From Phoronis australis (taxonomy: Eukaryota > Animalia > Phoronida), in the NCBI GenBank assembly GCA_002633005.1, contig NMRA01000152.1, positions 546,594-610,593 on the forward strand: a stretch of DNA of 64,000 bases, in the 5' to 3' direction. The translations under genes were made by a program, and so were the position numbers. The notes beneath the pieces were generated by a model. It made no database searches and was not told where the DNA came from. It was given only the letters and a program-made list of their open reading frames with translations. Shown piece after piece: positions 14,070 to 26,700 of the stretch; position 1 is the stretch's first letter; each line of letters begins with the position of its first letter.

Positions 14070-16219
14070 CGTTGTAAACTGTACATAGCCATAAAAGTAT
14101 ACATTTTCATGCCTGTTCTTATTTACCTTCATTTTCACTCTGTTGGAACTATTAAACATATTTTTCTTCATTTTTACTGAAATATAAATTCAAAATCTAA
14201 ACGTGATAACAAAAGTGACTCAAATATGCAATTTTGTGTTCAATAACTAAAGATATTATTTCTATTTATGTTGACCTTTTCGACCTTTTGACGTAGTTGT
14301 CAAAGTTCATCAGCTAAGCGCAGCTAGAAACTGCTTCACAGTCAAATGCGGGCTTCAGTTGTCCGAGCTGGGACTAAAGTCTGCTAAGTGAAACTTTGTT
14401 TATGAATGTCGGTGGCCGTACGGGTGTAGACCGCCCTAAAACCAACTTTGAAAAGTTAATCGATTTACTCCGAAGCGCCGGCGGCGCTAATCGATTGAAC
14501 TGACACTCGTGGCTGCATGTGTGACGTCGCTCCTCGGTTGACCGTTTAGGGGCTACAATACTGCGGCTTTCTGTACGCATTTCGTTACATGTATTTTAAA
14601 CGGGCGGTAACCCAAATCCGGCCACTGATTAGGAGTTTTCTCCTCGTCAAAAATACATTCCACACTAAAAGTAAAGAAGGCCGGTCCTTAGTACTTCTAT
14701 GATATAGCCTATCTTCGATGAAGTTAAGTTGTGAGAATAAGGTGACTTTGGCGAGAAGAATACTCCACTTTTTTGGTTACCGCCAACTGTTTCACCACGC
14801 GCGCGATAACCACAAAGTATGTTAATTGAGTCACGTACGTGAGTTAGGCAAAGGCGAGACTGAGCGAAGCGCGTGACGCTAGAGCGTGGGCACTCTTGCA
14901 AAATACCACTGATGAGAAGGTGAAATTTGCCGAGGAGATTTGTGTCCCTTGGACTTTTTATTCGTCAATATGTGTGATTTCACGTAACTTTCTGAAAATG
15001 GCACTCGGTAAGAGAAACTCGAGCAAACCGCGACCCGGTGAGATTTTCATCGATTTGTTCAAATTATCTTGACTGAATCGTCTCGAGGCCTATATGGACT
15101 GTTTAAAACTCCATGTGCATATGCATGTGTTTCATTTGTATTTTGAAATGAGTAACTTTTTGTGGGGACGTACTATCGCCCCTGTGTCTGCGGCATCCAG
15201 GGCCATCATTGCGAAGCGAAAATTCGTAAAATGCCGACGCAGCGCTATCTGAGTCGATCGTGGCCGATTTACGATCCCCAAAATAGCAGGCCTCTAGTTC
15301 AAAGTCATACGGGATGCACGTTGTCGATGGGACAGAAAATGCGACCTAGCTGTAGCATACAAGACTCTTCAGTCGATCTGATACCTTGTTATTTTTCTTA
15401 CCGGGAACGGATTAATATTTCTTCATTTCATTTTTAAACTTGAAGTACCAAAACAGTGGTAGATTTTCATCGCCATCGAAACTTAATCTAGTTTACGACT
15501 GAGTTAATTGAACCCGCCACTCCCCGAACTTTAGTGACAGATAGCTCACACTAAACCCCAGCCGGCGACATTTCCTGACTACTGACGTGTGTCATTGGTC
15601 CAGGTTTAGTACTCAAATCCTGAAACTATAAAAAAGCAAATATAGCCCAAACTGAAGGCGGAACCGCCTGGGCTTGCGCTCAGTGCGGACTAGCTTTTTG
15701 TCAGTCATAAAAAATTAAGAGTGGGCAAAAGTTAAGTACAACTGTTTCGTTGTAGAAAATCTGGTCAAAAAAGAGATTGAAAGAATATTAAAAGAATAAT
15801 CCAAGTGATATTGTTATCTCCGTCTGATCAGGCCCGGCCACCGAGTCATATCAATACGCACGGTAGCCTAGTTTCCCGTCCTCGTACCCCGCAAAGTTTG
15901 TAATTTATAACTTATTAGTTCATCGATTTTTAAAAACGGAAAACCATGATTGGTTCTTTCATTCCAACTGAATACAGCCGTTGTGTTTAACAAAACTCGG
16001 CGCCGAGCGCCGCGCTCAGCTCTCTTTTAATTGAGTACTGCAGCCGGACGAGATTCATGAAGTCGCATTTCGGTAATTTAATATATCAACCTGGCACACT
16101 GCAGGGTATTTAGAAGCACCAAAAAAAAACTGTTTCCCGGAGCGTCTAAAAGCCTGCGGACGCGAAAAATGTTTTGTTTCCCTAAAAGCGGGTAACGCCG
16201 TGGGGACGTGACGCGAAAG

Positions 16220-16355
16220 ATTTTCAGTTTCCTTGAACCTAGAACTACGAAAGCGCACTAGCCCACAGAAATAAAATAAAGTATCTCATTTTCAGTTTCC
16301 TTGAACCTAGAACTACGAAATCGCACTAGCCCACAGAAATAAAATAAAGTATCTC
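16220..16355. repeat. Tandem duplication, 68 bp x2
   Basis: 16220-16287 and 16288-16355 differ at one base. Confidence 0.95.
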
Positions 16356-16817
16356 GACTTTTTATCTTGTCATATCTGAGCTGTAAATTTCCAGTAACAC
16401 AGAGCACGAGCGCTCAACGGAGAGTCTAACCACATGTCGACTGATTTTCAAAAATCGGACCGTAAGGGGACGGTAGACTACGGCACGGAGTAGCTCTCAA
16501 AATACCTTTATAAAACTATTTCTGTGATCTCATCTCCTCGGACGACCACATCACTTCCCTCGTTCCACTCAGTTTCCAAAAGTCATTTAACTCAGTTTAT
16601 GGCTGCGTTTTTCTGATTGCGGGAACCGTTTAGCCAGTACCATGGATCCACTGTCCCTCCAAGCCTGTTGCTTCCGATGATTGTTTTGGCTCTCCATCTA
16701 TGACATCATTTTTTTATGTAATCACTTCTGTGAGGAAACCTTTTCCTCAGGAGAAAAGGGTTCTGACCTTTTTCTACTCATTTTATTGATGACAGGGCCA
16801 CCAAGAAAATTCGTCTG

Positions 16818-16889
16818 CACGTGACTTTGACTAGGTTTTAGCTAGGTCCTAGCGTAGGTCCTAGCGTCTACTGAACGCACGCCAGGTTT
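16818..16889. repeat. Inverted copy of 18670-18728 with an internal 12-bp duplication
   Basis: CACGTGACTTTGACTAGGTTTTAGC(TAGGTCCTAGCG)x2 TCTACTGAACGCACGCCAG matches the reverse complement of 18670-18728. Confidence 0.9.
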
Positions 16890-17799
16890 AAATCCGCCTA
16901 TGGTAAAAACGTACATAGGACTTACTAATAAACAAAACAGGTAAAATGTAATTTGGAAGAAGATAAATAAAGATTGTAATAATCCAGCAATATGGGACAA
17001 ACAACGCTGTTCTTTTGTACCAGGACGACAGGAAATGAAAACAGCACATTGGTTAGCTACTACAAATACAGCTTCATATTGAGAGCACAATGGCAAAGAT
17101 TTTCTAATTCAGAACACAAAAAGGCAGAACAGCCCAAAAAGTGCACTTGTAGAGGAAATAGGTCATGATTGACCTTGAGAATGACCTCTGTTCCATTTCC
17201 ACAAAACCAAACCACATGTAAGGGAACCTGGTTGCAGCTATTCAAAGAGCAAATAGTTTTCAAACAGCATTTATTTTTACTTGATAAAATATTACAAAAT
17301 TGCATTACAAATACAAAGAGATACATACACACATACATCGGTCAGAACCAAGGATGCGCAAACCATTGATGCTTTCTGAATTTAAAGACCGACTAAATTG
17401 GCTTCATTCATAGCCATTTTGCACCTCTCTCTCATTATCATCCTTAAACAGAGAATGGAGACAAACTGTAACCCCGAATGGACTGGCAACAGTGAATTTC
17501 TAATGTCTTATGCCTACTGACAAGTAAACCCCTTTATGTATTATGTATACACAATCTGCAGCAAATACCATTACAAAAACTTGACGATTATACTCTGTTC
17601 ACATCATAGTAACTATACTATCAACAGTATGCCAATGTGTGTATTCACCGTGAAGAATACGAGGGCTGAAATCTTGGAGACATAAAACAAGTAAAAGTGA
17701 AACTCGACATTCCATTGCACAGTGTTGGACATTACAGCGCAATGAAAGCAATAGTCCGCATTTTCAAAATGGTCAATTTTCACGAGATCTGATTTAGGT

Positions 17800-20700
17800 C
17801 TATCGTTCGTCAATAAGAGGCGTAGAGTCACCCCTTGGGTATCCGGAATCGTGTCGGCTCTCCCGTTCTCGTTTCTTTGCCCACTGTTCTGCCATTTTGG
17901 CCCAGTCTTGACTTGTTGATGGCTTACTAGAGGGCGTTGTCTGTCGTGGAGATGCACGACTTGACCTATGTGTTGGTGTCTGACCACTCCTGTAACAGAC
18001 AATGCAAGTTTTGTGATGAAATAGTCCCTACCTGTTGGCCAAGTTATAAGGAATAATTTTGTAGAGATTTTAGTCAATTAAGACATTGGTTACAATGAAT
18101 TGCTAATGAGAATTCCAACGGTATGACAATGTGTTCAGTTACGCCACATAACTATACAACAGTAAAACAAAATTACTGCAGGTGGTCTGGTACACATTGT
18201 ACCGGATATGTGCAGGCCGTTCAGGTGGACCCATTGCACTGATCACCTAGAACTATTTTTATGCTTTAGTTAAAACCGAGCTGAGGAGCTAGAGACTTGA
18301 CTCAAGGGTTTAGCAGTGTGCTCTAATGGGAATTGAACCTCAAAACCTCGAGTAAGGGAAGCAAACATGTATCCCATTAGGCCACACTGTCTCCTCCTCT
18401 ACTATAAAACAGTAGGTCACTTTATGTTTTAAATCAAAGCAAAACTAACTGAACTTAGAAAAGATGATGAAGAGACTTGCCAAGACTCAAAACAATCCAC
18501 TGAAAATGAAATTTCTGCCATTTGTCTTGCTAACAAAAATTAGCACTAAGGCAAATACTCCAATATGAAGTGAATACTTCCAACACTAGAATCGCTAGAA
18601 AATCCCGGGAACCTCATTTCAACCAACCGAACAAGAATCTTCAGAATACGCAAAAATAATTCAGGAAGAAAACTGGCGTGCGTTCAGTAGACGCTAGGAC
18701 CTAGCTAAAATCTAGTCAAAGTCACGTGTTCGCATTTAAAATACACGGCAATATCTCACGTAATCTCGCGAAGTCTTGCTTTTTAGTGAGGTCCAGCGTT
18801 ACTGAACGGGAGGCAGTTTTCAACAGGATGTTCATACCTGGGTGTACTTCGATGGCTGGAGCCATGGTGCTTGGGAGTAGATCCGTGGCTTCTCTGGGGG
18901 GTTGATCCGGGAGCCGTTCTCTGAGGTGTAGCCCCAGGCCACTGTTGCTGAGGCTGCTTTGGGGTCTGCTGGTACTGCGGTGTGGCCACTGGGTGTGAAG
19001 GGGCAGGCATGCCTCGGCTACGCCCACTGGTTTGATAGGAAGGCGTGGTTAACATGGGAGTAGTCATGATCGGAGTTTGCTGCAAGATTAAATGACAAAC
19101 AACGTCAAAGGCATAGTAAAGCAAATCCAACAAGAATATCACAAGCTTCTGAAGTCTGAAACAAAAACAAAAACGGGACGTCTCATAATACCCTAACTTC
19201 ATGATTTCAAAAGCACTTTCTATGATAAGACTGGTAACTTATTGTGCTATAGCAGTGTTCAGTACACTTTACACTGATAAATGCTTAGAACAAATAACAA
19301 GCAAATCTGAACACAGGTGTTTTTTCTGCTGTAAAGTTGATATAGAGGCTGACTCAAAAAAACAGAAGGAACAACATAATTTTTCCTATTTCGGCACCAG
19401 TTTTCATTTCAGCATGGACTATTGTGAAGAAAAAAAATGAGCAATTTGCAATGGTTTCTCTACAAGAGTGCTTTTCTTTCTGACAGCGCAAATTGTCTTG
19501 TTTGCGAATACTATTGGTAATGAGGAAACTGGGGGCCCCACGCTTACATTGTACTCGTAGCCTGCGGCGAACCCTCCCGGAAAGTTCTTGCTGGTCTGAT
19601 ACGCCTGGGGTGTCTCGCTGGGAGTGCCGGCCATGGGCGTGGCCCGAGGTGTGGCCCGGGGTGTAGCCCGAGGCGTGGAACCAATAAGGGCACTGTAGCC
19701 CCCGAGTCCTGCTGCTCGACGCAATGTGTCTGCGTCCACATTCCGTAGGTTGATGCTGGGAGACGGTCCCATACCTGCAGGGGTCCTCGTGGCACTGCCT
19801 GGGGTGGCTGACATTCCTGGGTAAACAAATAATAGTACCATTGATATTTCTACTATTGCAAAATACTTTGAAGTGATGGGTAAACAAATAATAGTACCAA
19901 AATGAATGATATGTCAACTATTTTAACAATGCTTTTTTAAGTGATGCAAAATTTGCATGGAAATTTAGTTGATGAAATACATTTAACAATGAATTCCTAT
20001 TGCACTGCCTTCAGGAAATAAATAAGAATTTACAAAGTGCAACAATAAAGTATATAACCACTGCCTTCAAAATGGCAAAGTGCTGGATTTGGACCAGGTG
20101 AGGATTGAATACTGTCATTAAAGGTAATAAGCCCATACCCAACTTTTGACTTAGGCAGCTGGTCTTATCTTGATGCTTATTTAAAAAATGATTTCCAGAC
20201 TAAAGAAGAACTACCAGGTCCTTATGACGTCATATCGTGCTCTTAAAATTGCTACTCACAGCGGTTTATCAAAAACATATTTCGTTAGCTTTGTCATTCC
20301 TTAAAAAAAGTATGACAAGAAAATTTTCTGGAAGCTCCGATTAGAAATGCTGACTTCAATTACCGCAGCACGGACTACACGTGGACAAGAAAATTTTCTG
20401 GCAAGCTCAAACTAGAAATGTTGACTTCAAATACCCCAATACACGCTACACGTGAGGTTAAAAAATTTAAAGAGCCAAACATTACTTGGGTGACTGACCC
20501 TAACTATCGTGGCTTTTCTCTCACTCACACCCACCTGGCACAGGGTCCCTGAAGTGTTCCTTGAACCATTTGACGACACCGTTGAGTGTGGGGAACACCT
20601 GTCCGCGGTATTTAATGCCATCTGGTGTCACCGTGCAGAACTCGTGAATGGGTCGTGCACGGGGCAGATAAGAGAGCATAAACTTGCCCGGCAGTTCCTC

Positions 20701-23700
20701 TGATGTGGTAAAGTAATACGGGATTCTGCAATACATTCACTCTTCATTACTAAGAAAGATTGTAACTGCATTTGGGATGGTTACTTCAACTATGCCAATT
20801 TTTCATCACTGTAGTATGCAATTTGATAAAAATTTGAAATACCAGACAAATTTCAAAATAGACATTATTACCATGGTTTGAATTGTAAATTTGTTATAAA
20901 AAATGAAATTTTGACAACTTGAATGAATGTAGCTAGCCTTTGGCAAAAGGAAAAGATACTATTTTATGCAAAATTACTGAAAACTTCGTAAATATAATCA
21001 CCATCACACACAGCGCCATCTGTGGCACTCAACATCAACATGAGCTCTAACACGAAGCACGCTTACAGTGACCATTGCACCTCAGTACAACACTGGGGAC
21101 CACTCCCATGCACCATATTGCTAACATGTTCCCAAGTATCTAAAGCCAAGTTCAGAGTTAAATACTTGTTAGTGATATGAATACTGAATGTTCCTCATAT
21201 TCTTGATGTCTATAGAAAACAACTTGAGAATCAGATCTTTTGAGAAATAGCAAAGGTTGAAGCACTGAGAAAAAAGCAGTGGCTTACTTCGATGGAAACC
21301 TTTTCTTCTCGGCGATAAGCACTTTGTCCATTGTTTCCCGTTTCCGCGTTTCAGGCTTGAAGTATTTGTAATTTAGTATGTCACGTGCAAACGCTGCCAT
21401 AGGGTTGATGTGGCGAGCGATGATTTCATCCAGATCTTCAAATTCCTGTAACAAGACAGTCTCGGGCTTCAGCAAACACAGCAACAAAAATCCACTACTA
21501 GATGAAACGAAACCAAAGACAAGGGCGATAAAGTTGGCAGGAGACAGGGGCAGAGTTGTAATTTAGTTCATGCGCTGCTGCCGTTTAAAGAGACTATGAC
21601 TGTGGATTCAAGAATGTAGTAATTTATGCTGGAAAAATATACACGTCACAGACAATGCTTGAAGAAATCAACAAAAAGTTTGAAACAATAATGCGCATTA
21701 GCTTCCAGTACGTACATTATCTACTCATCTGTTCTCATCTCATGTTGACTCACTATAACACAATATCACCCAATTTGGACAAAAATTGGGCGGATGCATC
21801 CTTCTGCTGCATCTGTGGCAGATTGTCACCCACCTTTACAGTTCAACATGTTATATAACTTTCGTAATTACTGATATCTGTAGTAGTTTAGCTTGTCATA
21901 ATATATATGAACTTTTATCTCACCTACAAGTGTTGTTTCACTGTAAACTAACTTCGGTATCGCTTCGCAGTTAGCGCATGTAAAAATAATTACCATAATT
22001 GCCCTTTCTTCAATTTTCAAAGAATTTTATCACAGCTGTGAATGTCCACATTTTTTCATTGTAGCTAAAGCTCTACATTAAAGAAAAGGTAGAAAGTAAA
22101 ATTTCACTCGTTCGCCACATTGTGTCCTAAATTGGTGAGATTTCTCTGTTAATCTTCGCCCATAATGTCCACCATACCTCCTTCTGTATCCACAATGTCT
22201 TGCCAATGCTGAAGTCATTCTGTTTATCTTCCTCCTTGACATCAATATGCTGGCAGACTCCCTCATCGACCTTCCACGTCACAGTCAGATGATCAGCACC
22301 CTGAAGGATAAAAACAGAAATAATACTAGGTATGGTAACGCAGTGATAAGGATTGTGGTAAAAAACCTCATAATTATTTTTCAGAAATAGTTACATGGAA
22401 TGCAAGACCAAATTTCTGTCTAAAGTCTTCAGTCACTTTTCTTGAAACAGTCAGGTATTTTGAACACAATAGGACAAGTTGAAGGCACTGTAAGTAGTCT
22501 CGTTTGGAGGTCGAGTACTTTATCAACCAATACTACCAAAAGATAGCTGCATCCAATGGTGCTGACTGGTCTCACCTTACTACTAGGGCGAATGATGACG
22601 TCTCCCTGATCATACTCGGCCATTAACTTTTCGCACTCGGCAAAACTGATGTTGTGGAAAGACGGATGTGCAATGACACGCTTGATGTAGGCTGTAAAGA
22701 TAAGATCACGTGTTGAGACGTAAACCCGAAAATGTTTAAGAGGTCCCATTGTACAGTCACTATACCATTTTGTAGTCACTGACCATTAATTGAAAGGCTG
22801 CCACCTTTTCATAATATAACATTCTGCATACAGTCAATACAAGGATTAGATAAGATGACTGACATAAGAAATCCTCGTCCAACAACTTCGTAACTAATGG
22901 AGCACTGGCGTAGAAACATATAACACGAACATCATAACTGCTGTTCAACCTGGGATTTTTTCACCAAATCTTGAACAGTAATTGTCAGATTAAGCATAAT
23001 TCTGTAGAATCATATTCCAGTTGCCAATGGTACCCCAACGCTGCAAAGGACACAGCTTAAAGATGCTATGTCCCATTAAATTGTGAATATGCACATGAAG
23101 TACTAGACAGTTCCGGTGACCCGGAAACCATCCGAGAACCAGTTATCATTACAATCTCACAAAAGTCTTTCTTTGCGAGACTATTTTTATGTAAATGAGT
23201 ATGGTAATACGTTATTGTTACCCCAATAAAACAAGGCAGTCTTAACGATTTGGTAATATGTGGACTTACTAGAGATTTCTATGTGTTCACACTTGTTTCA
23301 AGTGTATTAGTTGCGGTGTTTTCTTACTAATTGTTTTTTCCTGATTGTATTTGTACACAAACTTCTCCAGGAAGTCACAAGGTGGCACTTGCTACAAATT
23401 TAAATATTCACAACTCAATAAGACAAACACTGAATACTCATACTTTGTCTGGCCTTTTGTTTCTTTTTATCTTCTTCTTTCTTGACGTCATTTTCATCGG
23501 CCTCTTCATCATAGTGAGAGTCACGAGGAGGTCTATAGGAATAAATACCAACCTGATTACTGACAGAAATCTAATAATCTGCACATGAAGACAAGAAACT
23601 TTTTGCTTTGCTCATTATCTGTCAAGTTTAAAGAATCTACAATTCCATCACCAAAACGATATACCATTTGTAAAGAAGACTGCCATTGGTGACAAAAAGA

Positions 23701-26700
23701 GAACAAGAGTAAGACATTAATTATCATCGTAAACACTTTTAAGCCTGATCTGCATGCCATCTGTGGCCACATCATGTGACCTAATGAACATAAGTCTAAA
23801 AAGATCTGTGCCCCGACCAGGACTTGCACCTTGGACCTTCTGCTAACTGTGCAGATGCTATAGTCCGCTGAGCCATCAGGACCACTGGTCAAACACAGAA
23901 ATAAGCCAGATGTAGTAGTGGGCATCCCGCCCTTGCATGGGGGGCGCAGCACTGAAATAAGTGGTAGGCTATAGCCCCCCAGCCCCCTAAGGTGCACTGC
24001 CCATGCCTGAAACTCTTGAGTGTATATGGATATGTAAATCTTAAAGCGGCATGGCAATATGAAACTACAGGAAGATATTGAAGTAAAATGATGGGTGAGG
24101 AAGGTATCCTAGGGAGCCATCCGAGTAGTAAAAAATAATACAAAAAATATTTGACAAAAAAACACGCCTGAAAAATAAACATTTGATTAGATTATTAATA
24201 ATGCACAAATATGATATTTTAAGACAAGCACCTTGTGTACATAATATCATACAATTTTTATACATTTTTGTTGAATACAAGGTCAATGACCTATAGTTCC
24301 ATCACATACCTCCAGTTGTTATCTTTGTCTAGCAGGTCTGAGGAACGACACGTTAATTCGACCTGCAACCTGTCGATGTCAATCCTTGTGATACGTGCAT
24401 GAATAGTCATACCCTCCTAAAGTATAAATGGAATAAACTGACTTGAAATTTAGCTTTCACCGTCATTTTGGACAACACAAGCAAGTTAATAGCATGACAT
24501 TCTTGACATCCTAATACAAACTATGTTTGTTTACAGGCCAAAGCATGAAAAAGCAAAATTTTCTTGTTGTATTTATACCCAAACTCCAAGCAAACTCTAA
24601 TCACTGCACAGAACTTTTACTGTTACACACAGTGACACCTATTGCCGACAATGTAATGCATATAAGAAAGTTACATGAAACCATGCTCAATAAAGATCCC
24701 CTACCTTGACCCTCTCCCCAGGATCTACTACGTGCTTGTCACTGATCATCTTGGTGGCAATAAATGCGCTCACGCCATTGTCCAGTCGTGCGCGGACGCC
24801 CACGGCCGAGCCAGGGCAACTGCCAGCGTCAAAGTGACTCCACACCTGAGAAAAAGAAAAATCTCTGCATAGTGACCTATACTGATTGAGTTTGAGTCAA
24901 ATCGTGCTGAGAAAGCACCATTTGGGCTAGCTTTGTGCATTAATTTGAAACTAAATGAGAATTGGTCCGATAACAATCCTTGTCAGATTCTACATCTGTT
25001 ACCAACAAAAGCATCGAATTCATCAGTGACTCAAGAAAACGCTTCAGAGTTTATTGGGTTGCTTAAAACTGTGAATAAGGCTCATGTACACATTGCCTGT
25101 AACTTGAGTAAATAACAGAAAGAGTCCTTCCATAGTAAGGATTATTATGAAACTGAATTTATGAGAGTAAATGGTGTAATTCGATGTTCATACAACAGCA
25201 TTGCTAAAGAGGGCAAAATGCAGCTTTAAATATCTTCCTGGCACAACTCAGAGACACTGTCAAGCAGAGTTCTTCTGATCCACTGACCTCTGTTGGCAAA
25301 ACTGAGTGCGAGGCTTGAAGCATGATGAATTTAAACAACACCCTTACCTCACTGAGCTCAGGGAAGTCACTCTTCCTGCAGAACGGACACTGCCAAAGAC
25401 CAGTCTCATCGTTACGGACAGGATTAGCCTGATCCAGCTGGTCCCTCTGGGGCTTCTTGTGAGCTATGCCCACCACACGAGACATGACTAGCTTACCTGA
25501 CCAGAAAATGAATGTCATTCATATATGTATATCTTGAACCAGAAAGGAAATATAGATCACAAACATTTTAAGTCTACTCTGCACGCCACCTGTTGGCCAC
25601 ATCATGTGACCTAACGAACATAAGTCTAAAAAGATTTCTCCCCCGAGCCAAGATTCAAATTCGGGACCTTCTGCTAATCTTCCTTCTGCACGGTTAGCTG
25701 AATTTCTACGCCTCACCGCAAAAAACATTTATATACACAATGGAAATCAAGAATAAGATGCCCACCACTAAGCCTGATTGGATTTCTGTGTTTGACCAGT
25801 GGTACCGATCGCTCAGTGGCTAGAGCATCTGCATGGTTAGCAGAAGGTCCTGGGTTCGAGTTCCGGTCGGGGTAGAAATCTTTTCCGACTTATGCTCATT
25901 AGGTCACGTGATGTGACAGGTAGCTTGCAGACAAAACTTAAAATGTTTGTGAAATGTATCTACTGAGTAACAAAAACTCATCAGGTTTAGATGTCTAACT
26001 TATAAGTGCACAGTTTTAAAACATTCAATAATTTTTTCTGTTTTCAAAACCATCGTGTTTCAATCAATGACTTAACATATAAATGTGGAACCTTGTTACT
26101 GTAATTTTTATAAATTTAAAGTCAAAATTACAAAAAGAGAATACAAATGTAAGTAAAGTGTGTACCTATGTAGAACGTCTGCGGTGTCTCCTTGGTCAAC
26201 ATGTTGAACTTTTCCTCATTTGTCGGTGACCTATACGGTGACCTCATGTCCTTGTAGCGGTGATTCAGTTCAGCACGAATATCATACAGGGTGATATGCT
26301 TGTTACCATAACCCTGGAAGACACAAGCACTAAATCTGAGTAATAATTACAGTAAATCTGTACACTATACGTTACACTTGATTTTATTTCCGACACCTAT
26401 TTCAAACGATCTTTTAAGATCACAAAACACAATGTATATTATGAAGACACTATACTCTTTCTTTCCATTTCTTAATGTATCTCCCACCACAGTCCCCCCC
26501 CCTTGTAATCCAACAGTTTCTCGTGCCCTATATCCATCATTCTGACTCAGCTAGACAAAGCACTCTTTACTTTCTCTAAGGAGGCTCCACCCCCTCTTCC
26601 CTTCTCACCACAATACCGGTCACCTCAAGTCTTCAGCAAATGCGTCCAGTTAATTATCAGTCTCTCTTAACTCCCCGGGGGGGTTCCTCCTTCTCCCATC

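Noticed and set aside
18290-18395. Reverse tRNA/SINE-like fragment
   Set aside because: Too degenerate to delimit or assign.
25802-25874. Possible functional tRNA gene
   Set aside because: Mismatched acceptor stem, non-standard anticodon loop that varies between copies, and embedded in a multi-copy repeat.
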